A stretch of 64,000 bases of DNA from Methanobacteriota archaeon (GTDB lineage: Archaea > Thermoplasmatota > Poseidoniia > Poseidoniales > Poseidoniaceae): NCBI GenBank assembly GCA_004195515.1, contig PSPR01000009.1, positions 13,170 through 77,169 on the forward strand. Direction: 5' to 3'. Position numbers and translations under genes: made by a program. Shown here piece by piece: positions 35,001 through 43,946 of the stretch. The notes beneath the pieces were generated by a model that was not told the origin of the DNA, did not search any database, and was given only the letters and a program-made list of their open reading frames with translations. How positions within the stretch are numbered: the stretch's first letter is position 1; each line of letters opens with the position of its first letter.

Positions 35001-36193
35001 CAAGGACCTACCCAATTGGAATTGGTTTCAGCAGGTTGTATTCGACAGAAATCAGTACTTCCACATGCAGGGGTCATAACCAGATTGGAAAGTCCGTAGA
35101 TTCCTTGATCGCTATCAAGGGTGGCAGCAATCGTAAAATTTGCATATATGTCAATGAAATCGGTCCCGATTATTCCAGGTGTTGCTCCTACTGGATTCCT
35201 GGCAAGGTTTTCAATGCCTCGATAACCAGTAGCTGTATCCTGTACCAGGTTTTGAATCGCCGGCCCACCACCGAGATGGTCGGATAGATAGAGTAAGAAG
35301 ATGAATCCTCCACCGTAATCTGCGATGCGTTGATTCCACCAGCGAACTGAAAGCTCTGAGCCCTGAGTCCAAGCATTGACATGTCCATAGAGAGTAGAAG
35401 AGCCACCGAAACATAGGAAAGCAGCCATATCTGCTGCACCTTCATCGATCCAAATGTTTTCGTACGGATCTAATGCATTATGCAATAAATGTTGTAATTC
35501 GTGAGCTAGAATTACTTTTGACCATGCTAATGGTGCATCATCGATATCGATGAACACAACTTCTCGTGAAGCTGACATTCCAGGGGAAAAATAACCACCG
35601 GTATTGTAAGCCCCGTCAATCGCGTAAATCACAACTTCAATTTGGCAATTGTCATCGACATCTGGTGCTGAAATCCCTCTGCCATCAAAGTAATCCTTTC
35701 CAAAATATGTCATCAGAGTTGGATAAACGGTTGAATCCCAAGTGCTCGCCCAATTATTGAGGACTGTCGACGATAATGAACGGCCATCTTGAACCATGAA
35801 TGCTGCGGTTGTAGTTGTTTTTTCAACGGTGACATCGATGCTACCTCCTGATGTTGAAATTGCCATGCTATCTCCTTCTTGATGAGGAGTACATGCTCTT
35901 CCGCTGGTCGCAGATGTTGGATTGGTTGCAATCTCCACGCCCGGCATCCCCGCATCGACCCATGCTTGTTTCATCATTCGAGTTGCACTATACACTTCTT
36001 GTTCGGCACCGGGAATGAGGTAAGGTTTCGCATTTTCAGGTGTAAAATCGCTCAAATCTGCGAATACTGGCACGAATACATCTTTTGTTTCGGACTCGCT
36101 CAGTCCATCGTCTGCAGCAACAAATGGCGATAGACTAGATAGAAGAAGAACCACTAGAATAGAATAGGCCTTGCTGGAGCGCGGTTCGTACAT
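32012..36193 (-). CDS. very large cell-surface zinc metalloprotease (HExxH zincin) with multiple PKD/Ig-like repeats and C-terminal membrane anchor
   Basis: Signal peptide. Zincin motif ILAHELQHLLHNAL...DEGAADMAAF. Several WxFGDG/YxWDFGD-type PKD repeats (WDFDDGNTS, FDWDWGDTT, YSWDFGDASP). C-terminal TM FVILALIAAVLLLGWGV plus an RRRR tail. Confidence 0.7.
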   Translation of the reverse strand: MYEPRSSKAYSILVVLLLSSLSPFVAADDGLSESETKDVFVPVFADLSDFTPENAKPYLIPGAEQEVYSATRMMKQAWVDAGMPGVEIATNPTSATSGRACTPHQEGDSMAISTSGGSIDVTVEKTTTTAAFMVQDGRSLSSTVLNNWASTWDSTVYPTLMTYFGKDYFDGRGISAPDVDDNCQIEVVIYAIDGAYNTGGYFSPGMSASREVVFIDIDDAPLAWSKVILAHELQHLLHNALDPYENIWIDEGAADMAAFLCFGGSSTLYGHVNAWTQGSELSVRWWNQRIADYGGGFIFLLYLSDHLGGGPAIQNLVQDTATGYRGIENLARNPVGATPGIIGTDFIDIYANFTIAATLDSDQGIYGLSNLVMTPACGSTDFCRIQPAETNSNWVGPWSSTGNGIEGWGVRVFKFTPGSASPAPLTMRFTGDVPGMDGVVISRASADGIYSRTDINFNGAVGTALVPGFGNATDEIWAITWYASNQGDCDYTSCGSSYPQGTIDVEAARITSPATLSVNSSQTSDRDGDLDVDTVMVDFNVLSNAFFEDLDVTIEARNSSGVTVDSLTTRVAAGSGVDVNTEFWFTASKSEIHSFALTMRDMLGDVIDTSQTGAIYLDNMRPVSNGSVDPPVAQTWENLQYVGNGFDAWGISLSNNTLPYLDAPVAYSWDFDDGNTSSLKSPVRLYRAPGEYNVTLRVLDQGGSWSSMHNTTVNITDITPPTPIISVNGVVIGSDLSILTGQRILFSAARTTDNVPLSFLNFDWDWGDTTSEGGVGNAQAHHLWPDGVVANTTYTLTLTVNDGVNNGTKLIQIHVNNRVPEQIFNDLIVTDTFTPVMLPDVFEDPDGEIISWNWQFYDGINLEGGSIDRSNLFIDISSSDQNPMVAWNAAGLKYVNLTVVDDDGSATTAQLTIQVLNQLPIAQFVVRDSATVGSPEIDFRVSDGEVDVPYTFDGRNSFDPDGTIGDSSALEFNWTFSDGSTSQNALVTHNFSTPGEHYATLFVTDEDGDFSEQRILTIRIQNPLPSIHVRILDAWLDGDLITSTTPMGVGVLPSGWSHTFDDIGNTVTTPGQMLFFDSAGTRDGDRRFEGRFVPLESNHSDWNGITDYSWDFGDASPISHGAMPWHSYERAGTYTVTLTVRDAYLTGDVSRESFTIIVNNAPVINEIILPDEIRVGLGASLKANISDVEFESSYIVWRDLDVNDGLHTDHDERVSSTLEVRWEFDIDIDDDSNGDSADDWQIPSGSDGIRLQATWAEVGLKTMRLEICDGMGVCVIQDVELNVLEQATEPASLSDFSVQDWKNWLVDASGESFVILALIAAVLLLGWGVMRSPSEVEEAAEQAAQTYDVDEVESFGGVLGMDHHAPPPVPSILSKDERRSDSSGYVRPLRRRR

Positions 36194-36281
36194 CTGTGTC
36201 ACCTGTTGGCTTCGCATCACTGCGTTCCAAATGTCCGACTCGAAATGAGGTATTTAAGAGTGGGTGGGCGTGGCATCACCG

Positions 36282-37403
36282 ATGAGGGCGAGAGCGGTGT
36301 TTTTTGCGCTGGTCATTGCCATCTCCTTTTCATCGATCAACATCAAGGCGGAAACAACGACCGAAACGTTGGACTGTGAGCAACTATCTGAAACTGGATT
36401 CAATGGAAGTAGAGCGAATCAATCGGTCGAATTCCAAACATCCCTTGGTCCAAGATTACCCGGTTCGGCCGCAAGTTCAGAATTGCGAGAATCTATCAAA
36501 GAAAATTTGACCGGTTGGGAGATAATTGAAACAACTCACCATGTTGATGGTATGGTATTGACAAATTTATTCGCCACATGGAATAGTGGTGCTGGATCAA
36601 CAGTTTATTTCGCCGCCCATTACGATACGAGAGATCGTGCAGAAATGGATTCGAATGAATCGCTCCAAGATCAACCGATTTTAGGTGCAAATGACGGGGC
36701 GAGCGGAGTTGCGGTATTACTGGAATTAGCACGCCAGATACCTCAAATGAATCTAAGCCATGAAGTCACCCTCTTTTTCACAGATGGAGAAGACCAGGGA
36801 GAGTTACCTTCATTCCTCGGAGCGAAGGCTTGGTCGGAAAACTTGAGCCAAGAAGATGCCGACAAAATCGAGGCATTCATTTTAGTCGATATGGTCGGTG
36901 ATGAACACTTGACATTAGCCCCAACTTATCCGGGAGTAGAAAGTTTATGGAATCAAACCACGGCCTTGTTCGGTTGTGACCAAAATGTCTCCGTAGTAAA
37001 TTTTGCAAGCAATGACTCACAAATGGTATTGGACGACCATGTATGGGCTTTGAATAAAGGAATCCCAGCTATCGACATCATAGACATAAAATACGGCCCG
37101 AACGTTGAGAAATGGGAGGGTTATTGGCATACTCATAATGATACTGCTGACAAAGTGAGCGCCGATTCATTAGAAAAGGTTGGTAAAATGCTCGAAAGGG
37201 GATTGGTTGCAGGATCTTGGCTGAATCATAGAGAGGTTGAGCCTGAGGAAATCGAGGAACCAATCATTCCAGAAATCGAAGAGGTCGATGAGGTTGAAAA
37301 GGACAACCAAACCACAGTTGGAATCATCATTATGACTTGTTTAATATTTGTGTTTTCATATAATGCATGGCTATTTTACGCGGAGACCCGAGGGGAGGGG
37401 TGA
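36282..37403 (+). CDS. M28-family zinc aminopeptidase (secreted, C-terminal TM anchor)
   Basis: Signal peptide MRARAVFFALVIAISF. M28 motifs GANDGASGVAVLLELAR and FFTDGEDQGE. C-terminal TM. The ORF-track start at 36264 is GTG; the ATG at 36282 sits 27 nt after a TATTTAAG box. Confidence 0.75.
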   Translation: MRARAVFFALVIAISFSSINIKAETTTETLDCEQLSETGFNGSRANQSVEFQTSLGPRLPGSAASSELRESIKENLTGWEIIETTHHVDGMVLTNLFATWNSGAGSTVYFAAHYDTRDRAEMDSNESLQDQPILGANDGASGVAVLLELARQIPQMNLSHEVTLFFTDGEDQGELPSFLGAKAWSENLSQEDADKIEAFILVDMVGDEHLTLAPTYPGVESLWNQTTALFGCDQNVSVVNFASNDSQMVLDDHVWALNKGIPAIDIIDIKYGPNVEKWEGYWHTHNDTADKVSADSLEKVGKMLERGLVAGSWLNHREVEPEEIEEPIIPEIEEVDEVEKDNQTTVGIIIMTCLIFVFSYNAWLFYAETRGEG

Positions 37404-37479
37404 AATCCGCGCACGGCTTCGGCTTGGGTAACGGGAGGGGATTGAACTGTCAGATGACCGCAAGGAAAGATTAGCAAAA

Positions 37480-38298
37480 TTGCGAGATAGGGTTCGCAGT
37501 AAGTTGGTTGACTCTCGTGTTCAATCACAGCACCGTGAAATAAAAGCCGAGGATGAAATCGTCATTCAGGTTGAAAAAGCCGTTGTGCCTTCGATTGAAT
37601 TTGAACCAACGATTTTGAGTGATGGCGAGAGAAGGAGGAAAATTGCAGCCACTTTGGTTTTAATCGGCTCACTGATGGGTGTGATGTCAGGTGCTTTATT
37701 TTTACAAGGGAATCCTTCAAGCCTGCTAAATTCCTCACTTTTCAAAACATCCGAAGTTGTCGACACATTCGGCTTTGTACTCGATAACGAAGGCGAACCG
37801 ATGGTAAATGTCACTATTGAATTGATGGACCAAACCACTAATTCTGTCATTCAAACCACTTTCAGCGACGAAAATGGCCGGTTCCGATTCGAAGATGTTG
37901 CAGCCAAAAACTCAATCATAAAATTTTCAAAACCGGATTATACGACCATTGAATACCATTTTACCCCTGACCCTTCGCTGTCACCGATAACGATGCATCT
38001 AGGCGATGGTGTGCAAATAATCGATGAGTCGGAGGAGACCACTGGATGGTCGATGGAAGATGCGGTCGCATTGGCAACCGTTGAGGGGCTATTCACAATT
38101 GGATGTGCTCTTGTTGGCGTTCAAGCCTCGTTCGAGATTAGGCGTGCAAAAAAATACCGACGCACACAAGCTCTTTGTTGGATCGCTCTATTCAGTCGAG
38201 GCCTCATCATTCCAGGTCCTGCATTAATCCTTACTGGGATGTGTTTAATCATCTTTAATCGGCAGGATTTCGAGGATTGGAAATCTAAGGAGGACTGA
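37480..38298 (+). CDS. membrane protein with carboxypeptidase-regulatory-like (CarboxypepD_reg) beta-sandwich domain
   Basis: A TM helix, then GFVLDNEGEPMVNVTIELMD...ENGRFRFEDV (CarbopepD_reg-like), then three C-terminal TM helices. Confidence 0.5.
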   Translation: MRDRVRSKLVDSRVQSQHREIKAEDEIVIQVEKAVVPSIEFEPTILSDGERRRKIAATLVLIGSLMGVMSGALFLQGNPSSLLNSSLFKTSEVVDTFGFVLDNEGEPMVNVTIELMDQTTNSVIQTTFSDENGRFRFEDVAAKNSIIKFSKPDYTTIEYHFTPDPSLSPITMHLGDGVQIIDESEETTGWSMEDAVALATVEGLFTIGCALVGVQASFEIRRAKKYRRTQALCWIALFSRGLIIPGPALILTGMCLIIFNRQDFEDWKSKED

Positions 38299-38302
38299 GC
38301 CG

Positions 38303-39655
38303 ATGTACCTCATTACCGTCGAGGGCGGGGATGGCTCAGGCAAAGGCGAAGCGGTACGGTTACTCGCTTCTATCGCCAAAAGATTTGCATTTCCAAATGT
38401 CCATTTGACCCACGAGCCTAGGCGTCATAGCGAATTGGGAAAATTGGCACTAAGGGCGGTATCGGTCGGTGATCGTACCCCTTTAGAAGAAGCCGGATTA
38501 TTCGCTGCTGACCGAATAGATCATTCTCATACCTGGATAAAACCAAGGCTTGCAAAAGGAGATTTGGTCATCTCAGACCGGAATATTCATTCATCTTTGA
38601 TCTATCAAGGTGTAGTTGGCAATCTTGGATTGGAACAGGTAGCACTAATGAATGGCGCTGCAATGATACCAGACTTGGTAATTTGGATAGATTGTGATCC
38701 TGCAAAAGCGATGAAGAGAATTCAGTCAGGAACTTTGAGGATGACGGATAATAAACACGAGTATTTTGAAACTACTGAGATTCAAACAAAAATTCGTGCC
38801 GGATTTAAATCGATTTTATCGGGTGAAATAGAAACACCGCCACCATTTGATCGTTGTACCGTTGTTGGACCGATACTCAACGAATCTGGCCTAGACGAAT
38901 TGGAAAGGAAATTATCGAAAGAACTACGCACTTTTTTCAATCGTCGACCTGACCCATTGAACGTAGATTTAGATCAAGTAGATCGGAATTTACTGGAATC
39001 GTTGACCGAAGGAGTTCAGATTCAACGTAGACTTCCTGGGGCGCCGGTGAAGCATCTCTCATTGTTAGAGGATTGGCTCGACGGAAAATCCCCACATCAA
39101 TGGATGGAAATCGCAGAATCAGAATGGAATGAAACAAGGGCAATAAAAGCAGATGTTCCCGCTCGCCCAATCGCTCATGCTACTTGGGCGGTTCTTGGTA
39201 CCCTTTCATTGACTGATACTACCGATGTCCCTTCTTTACATGGCCAACTCGGCCCGGTTAGGTCGGTAACAAAACGCCATACTCAACGAATTGTGAAATG
39301 GTTGGAACAAGAACGATGGATTCATCGCCAACAAAGCCACGTTCCATTTGCCGAAGCTCAGATGTTCAAATTACGAAAAAGCCGACTTGGGTACGGGAGG
39401 TTATGTTTAGCTATGTGGCCATTAAGGGCAGCCCTCGCTAGTTGGCGCCGAGCAAAACCACAAAGCGATTGGGCAAATGCACTCTCTGAGATTTTGAACG
39501 AATCTGAAGATAAACGTCCCCCTCCAGCGATTAGGCGCGCTACAAAAGCGGTGTTGGACCGTTTGGAATTAATTTCTAGTGGCCATGCTAATTGCCCAGT
39601 TCCTGAAAATGAAACTGAATTGATGATTTGGTGGGCGATGGAGCCGCCTCAATGA
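38303..39655 (+). CDS. thymidylate kinase-like N-terminal domain (degenerate P-loop) fused to a 250-aa uncharacterised C-terminal region
   Basis: The N-terminus MYLITVEGGDGSGKGEAV resembles the dTMP kinase P-loop, but GK is followed by GE instead of S/T-T. DRNIHSSLIYQG matches the TMK DRYxxSSxAYQG motif. The C-terminal half has no recognised motif. Confidence 0.6.
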   Translation: MYLITVEGGDGSGKGEAVRLLASIAKRFAFPNVHLTHEPRRHSELGKLALRAVSVGDRTPLEEAGLFAADRIDHSHTWIKPRLAKGDLVISDRNIHSSLIYQGVVGNLGLEQVALMNGAAMIPDLVIWIDCDPAKAMKRIQSGTLRMTDNKHEYFETTEIQTKIRAGFKSILSGEIETPPPFDRCTVVGPILNESGLDELERKLSKELRTFFNRRPDPLNVDLDQVDRNLLESLTEGVQIQRRLPGAPVKHLSLLEDWLDGKSPHQWMEIAESEWNETRAIKADVPARPIAHATWAVLGTLSLTDTTDVPSLHGQLGPVRSVTKRHTQRIVKWLEQERWIHRQQSHVPFAEAQMFKLRKSRLGYGRLCLAMWPLRAALASWRRAKPQSDWANALSEILNESEDKRPPPAIRRATKAVLDRLELISSGHANCPVPENETELMIWWAMEPPQ

Positions 39656-40441
39656 TCATTCTTCTTCTTGGGGTTTTGCGAGGGTAAATTTGCTGCCTGC
39701 GGGCAACAGCACAGCACCGGCGCCACTATCGAAGGATTTTGGCTTAGATGAAAAGGCAGCGCTCAAATACAAACCTAAGAAAAGGCCAAATGGGGTTCCG
39801 GTCAAGAGCCTCATCGTAGCGGTCGATTCGTAGGAGGTTAGCATTTGCCCAAAACCATCGAAAGCCATCGGGGCGACCAAGATTACAGCGACTAGCATCA
39901 CTGCTTTGAGTCGGAGGTTTTTTCGATATACCATTTCGAGCCGATCGTCTGGGAATATCGAAAGAAATGAATCCCTGATCGTCCATCTATTCAATCCTCT
40001 ACGAGAAAATAAGAATCCACCGATTGCCAATCCGAGGAAAATCCCTATATCTCGAACACAAACCGGCATTTGATTACCATTAATCTCCCAAGATCTATCG
40101 GCTTTATTATGACAATTCAAATCTCCAAATCCATAGATAAATGCTGCGAAAGGATCCAATTCGGTCCAAGCGAATTTTCCTTCTGCAGTTTGATTATGAC
40201 CAACTCCATTCGATTCACTAGTCTGCAGATTCCCCCAAGAATCTTCATATCCATAATCGAACATATTTGCTCGACCGGAAAGATCGGGGACCGAATCGGT
40301 TGGTAGATATGCCGGCACCAAAAAAAAGCTGATTAGAAAGAAGGTGCTTATTCCACCTACCCAATTTCCAACCTTGAATTCTCGCTTTCGGCCTTCCAAG
40401 CCATTGCGTTCCATTATCCGGCCTATGTGGAAGTAGGGCAT
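39656..40441 (-). CDS. DUF2085-like integral membrane protein
   Basis: Multi-TM protein with the Cys/His-containing loop LNCHNKADRSW...PVCVRDIGIF that is characteristic of DUF2085. Confidence 0.5.
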   Translation of the reverse strand: MPYFHIGRIMERNGLEGRKREFKVGNWVGGISTFFLISFFLVPAYLPTDSVPDLSGRANMFDYGYEDSWGNLQTSESNGVGHNQTAEGKFAWTELDPFAAFIYGFGDLNCHNKADRSWEINGNQMPVCVRDIGIFLGLAIGGFLFSRRGLNRWTIRDSFLSIFPDDRLEMVYRKNLRLKAVMLVAVILVAPMAFDGFGQMLTSYESTATMRLLTGTPFGLFLGLYLSAAFSSKPKSFDSGAGAVLLPAGSKFTLAKPQEEE

Positions 40442-40473
40442 ATGTTTTTGCTTGAAACGGCTCAGGTTGGCTC

Positions 40474-41166
40474 ATGGAGGAAAAGGTCGGGTTCAGACGC
40501 GGCCTCTCGGCTGCAATAGTCCTCGGCCTTTACGCAGGATTTATGCTCGCAGTTGGCGTAGCTCAATTCAAAATTGAGGAAAATGCCTTAAAGAGTGGAT
40601 TTACCATTTGGATAATCACGATAATCGTGAGCGCAGTCTTATTGACACCAATTCTCTCGAGAGGTCGAAGACGAGGCCGCCCCGATACCGAAGAAGATGT
40701 TATCGAGGTTAGAGAACAATTACGTGAATTGAACGAAGGCGTAGGTGGATGGCGAACTCTATCGCACGTTAGGGGCGAAGGCATGGGGGTTTCTGTCTCA
40801 TTATCTGATGCTTCAAATCCACTATTGATCATTGAAAGTGCCTTGCAATTAGGTGACCGAATACGATTGATTTTTAGATTTTCAAAAACAGAAACCGATT
40901 TGAGAGACAGAGTATTACCCTTATTGGAGCAAATGGTCAACCGGTCTCGTATTCAGAGGAGAACAAAATCCTTAACGGTCATGCCTGATATCAAATTTGA
41001 TCGAGGAGTCATCATCACCCGCGCGATGATGCTATGCCCGCCCTTGATGGTCGGGGGTGCTCTTGGCTTCTCATCGGTCGCACCTGGTGAAACTGCTTTA
41101 GCGATTGCAGGTGGGGTTGCCGGAGCGATGTTGGGATTCTTGATAATTACGAATAAGGGTACCTGA
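40474..41166 (+). CDS. hypothetical membrane protein (2+2 TM helices, basic RGRRRGR loop)
   Basis: Hydropathy shows four TM helices. No recognised motif. Confidence 0.45.
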   Translation: MEEKVGFRRGLSAAIVLGLYAGFMLAVGVAQFKIEENALKSGFTIWIITIIVSAVLLTPILSRGRRRGRPDTEEDVIEVREQLRELNEGVGGWRTLSHVRGEGMGVSVSLSDASNPLLIIESALQLGDRIRLIFRFSKTETDLRDRVLPLLEQMVNRSRIQRRTKSLTVMPDIKFDRGVIITRAMMLCPPLMVGGALGFSSVAPGETALAIAGGVAGAMLGFLIITNKGT

Positions 41167-41203
41167 GGATTCCTGAGGAAGACTCAAGAGGGTCTAACCC
41201 CTG

Positions 41204-42019
41204 TTGATAGACATGCGCGAGATTACATTCTTCTGGCGCAGGAACCGATTGGCGGAAACCGATATTGCGCCAATGCTAGATATTGTCCAAAGCGCTGAAT
41301 TTTTATCATATCTCAAAAGAACGCCTAGAGATGTTCATATCCTGATGAAAACAGTTTTTCAACCGGGTAAAAAACCAGAGGATCTAAACGAATTGTACTT
41401 CTTAAATTTGATCGAAATCCATCAAGTTCCTGAATTGGAAAACGGTGTTTATCTATTGAATGTCAAATTATCTCATCCATTAGCAAATTTTAATGCTAGA
41501 ACAGGAGGGACTTCTACAATGCCTTCGAGTAAATTATCAGGTGATGGTTTGACATATATTTTGCAAGGCTCAAACCTTCGATTACGATTGGTTGCGGCTA
41601 TGGCAAGGCTGATTTCGAAGCCTGATCGGATCTCAGCGCGCCGGGTAAATGTGGCTAAATCCGATGAGAATGGCCCACTTTCCAATAAGCAATTGAAATT
41701 AGCAAAATTTGCTTATGACTGCGGATGGTATAATCCGAAAAAGCAAGTTACCCTTTCCGATATGGCGGAAGAACTCGGGATGGCAAGGGCGACCATGTCT
41801 GAGCATCTTTCTCGAATTGAGTGTATTTTGATGGATGATTTCCTTGGCTCATTCTCAAATGTCAAATTTAGCAATGAAGAGATTGCAACAATTACAGGAA
41901 TGGTTGAAAGCGATGCTGAAGAACTGGGAGTCTCGGACGATGGAAATTTCAAAGTGCTGCTGAATAATATTAGATCTTCATATACTAAAAATGAGAACGG
42001 AGGAAAGTTGGTTGAGTGA
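41204..42019 (+). CDS. bacterio-opsin-activator-type (HTH_10) transcriptional regulator
   Basis: C-terminal HTH_10 signature KFAYDCGWYNPKKQVTLSDMAEELGMARATMSEHLSRIECILMDDF. N-terminal sensor-like domain. Confidence 0.65.
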   Translation: MIDMREITFFWRRNRLAETDIAPMLDIVQSAEFLSYLKRTPRDVHILMKTVFQPGKKPEDLNELYFLNLIEIHQVPELENGVYLLNVKLSHPLANFNARTGGTSTMPSSKLSGDGLTYILQGSNLRLRLVAAMARLISKPDRISARRVNVAKSDENGPLSNKQLKLAKFAYDCGWYNPKKQVTLSDMAEELGMARATMSEHLSRIECILMDDFLGSFSNVKFSNEEIATITGMVESDAEELGVSDDGNFKVLLNNIRSSYTKNENGGKLVE

Positions 42020-42971
42020 AATTATCGAATTGATTACTCGCCTACGAAAAGCTGGCATTCATGTCACAGAAAAATTAGAGCAGGCGATGGAATTAGTAGA
42101 TATTTCGGATTTTTCACAGTTTGATTGTGAAGCATTCTATCACGATCGACCAATCGTATTTTTAGAAACGCCGACCGGTGGAGTAAAAACCATTTCAGCA
42201 CCTCATATGATTGCAACATTAATCCATTATTTAGAATTGGCTCTGGGCCAAGAAGTGGTGATTTATGGAGCAAAAGGCGGCTATATTTGTGCATTGATCG
42301 CCCATATTATTGGAGTAGATGGCAAAGTAACAGTTTTGGACCCATCGAAAGAAGTCTTAGATCACTTAAACAGTACATTGATCGGTTACCCAACCATCTC
42401 ATGCCACCAGCTTGAAGAAGATCGAATAGAACTGAAGAATTTAAACAGAGTTCTAGTAACTGGACAGATCGAAAAATTGCCAGATTGGATCACCGATGGC
42501 TTGGTTGAAGGTGGATTTGTAATAGCTCCAATCGGAGATAGCAATTCTCAAAACCTTCTAAAATTAGAGAAGCAGGCTGAAGAATTACTCGAAACAAATC
42601 TTGGCCCTGTGCTTTTCGGTCCAGTAAATATCGAAGATTCGATTATTGCCACCCCCTCTCCTGAAGAGATGGCTGAATTGGTCGAACAAGTAGTTGAATT
42701 GATGGGTGATATGGATTTGATTAAAAGTGAGGATCGAATAAGGCTATATGATCTCGTGGCTAAATTAAGGCAATTGCCTGATGATTTACCCCCTCCCGAA
42801 GAGATGGATGATCCTAGTGAACACCCGATGATGAAATTGATGATGGACGAAGGGACATGGTTCATGAGATTCTGGCCAGTCGTACAATTGATGGTTAAAT
42901 CTCGACTCCAATCCCCTGGAGCACCAGACCATGATGATTTCGATTCAGCGCATTCAGATTTCATTCCTTAA
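41991..42971 (+). CDS. protein-L-isoaspartate O-methyltransferase (PIMT)-like protein with acidic C-terminal extension
   Basis: PIMT-like TISAPHMIATLIHYLEL, but the SAM-binding glycine motif GSGSGY is replaced by GAKGGY. Roughly 100 extra C-terminal residues, rich in D/E/P. Confidence 0.6.
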   Translation: MRTEESWLSEIIELITRLRKAGIHVTEKLEQAMELVDISDFSQFDCEAFYHDRPIVFLETPTGGVKTISAPHMIATLIHYLELALGQEVVIYGAKGGYICALIAHIIGVDGKVTVLDPSKEVLDHLNSTLIGYPTISCHQLEEDRIELKNLNRVLVTGQIEKLPDWITDGLVEGGFVIAPIGDSNSQNLLKLEKQAEELLETNLGPVLFGPVNIEDSIIATPSPEEMAELVEQVVELMGDMDLIKSEDRIRLYDLVAKLRQLPDDLPPPEEMDDPSEHPMMKLMMDEGTWFMRFWPVVQLMVKSRLQSPGAPDHDDFDSAHSDFIP

Positions 42972-42983
42972 GGAGAAGAAAAT

Positions 42984-43946
42984 ATGGCTGGGATACAAAC
43001 CGAAATCTCTCGATTAAAGCACAAGGATATCAGGATTCGCCGACGTGCGGTTCGACATCTATTCGATGCCGATGTTCCGAGTGCATTACCTGGATTCACC
43101 GCGTTGTTAAAAGATGATGACCCATGGTTTCAATCAAAGGCAATAGAAGCCTATAGAAAATGGGCTAGCACTAGAAAAGACCTTCAGATTTTAATTGATA
43201 ATGACAATGAAAAACTGGCATCACAATTGCTCTCTAGAGTGGAAGATCAACCAATCGCACAAGCATTATTTTCTCATGAAGACCACTCCATTAGATGCTC
43301 GGCAGCCAAAGCACTTTCAAATGATGATGAGTTTCATAATGAAATGTTAATAGATAAACATCATTCTGTGAGAGCGGTCGTAGCTGAGTGTTCAAGCGAT
43401 ACTGAATTGATTAAAACATTGATGTTAGACCAACACTCGACCGTTCGGAGAGAGGCGATTGCAAACGCCGCCCGAAGAGGCTTGAAAATCGATGAAGAGA
43501 CCTTAATTGTGGCCTTGAAATCCTCTGACCCTTCATTGCGGGCCTTGGTGGCTGCAATGACTGTGAAAACTGGCGGAGATGCGCTTAAAACCGCTTGTAG
43601 AGATGATAACCCAAAGGTGATTCGAGCGATTAGTGATTCGCTTAAAATCGAAGTAAATTCGATCGATGAGAGAATTGAAATGCTTACTTTGCAGTGTCCA
43701 AGTATAATTCTACGATGGCTTAGATCTCGGCACGAACCCGCTGCTAATTCATTACGATGGCAAATGATTGAGGACCAGTCCATCGATTCTAGAACTCGCT
43801 CAAAATTGATCGAGCAAATGGAAGGCCGAACCGAAATCGATTCACAAAGATTGGAAATTATCAAAGAAGATGATTCGATTTTGGTAAAGATGGCTGCCGA
43901 GAATTTATCAGCCGCCGTGTCTGAGTTGAAAAATGAGGACCCATGA
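42984..43946 (+). CDS. HEAT-repeat (PBS-lyase HEAT-like) protein
   Basis: Repeated helical units of about 30 aa (DIRIRRRAVRHL, DHSIRCSAAKAL, HHSVRAVVAECS, HSTVRREAIANAA, DPSLRALVAAM, NPKVIRAISDSL). Confidence 0.6.
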   Translation: MAGIQTEISRLKHKDIRIRRRAVRHLFDADVPSALPGFTALLKDDDPWFQSKAIEAYRKWASTRKDLQILIDNDNEKLASQLLSRVEDQPIAQALFSHEDHSIRCSAAKALSNDDEFHNEMLIDKHHSVRAVVAECSSDTELIKTLMLDQHSTVRREAIANAARRGLKIDEETLIVALKSSDPSLRALVAAMTVKTGGDALKTACRDDNPKVIRAISDSLKIEVNSIDERIEMLTLQCPSIILRWLRSRHEPAANSLRWQMIEDQSIDSRTRSKLIEQMEGRTEIDSQRLEIIKEDDSILVKMAAENLSAAVSELKNEDP

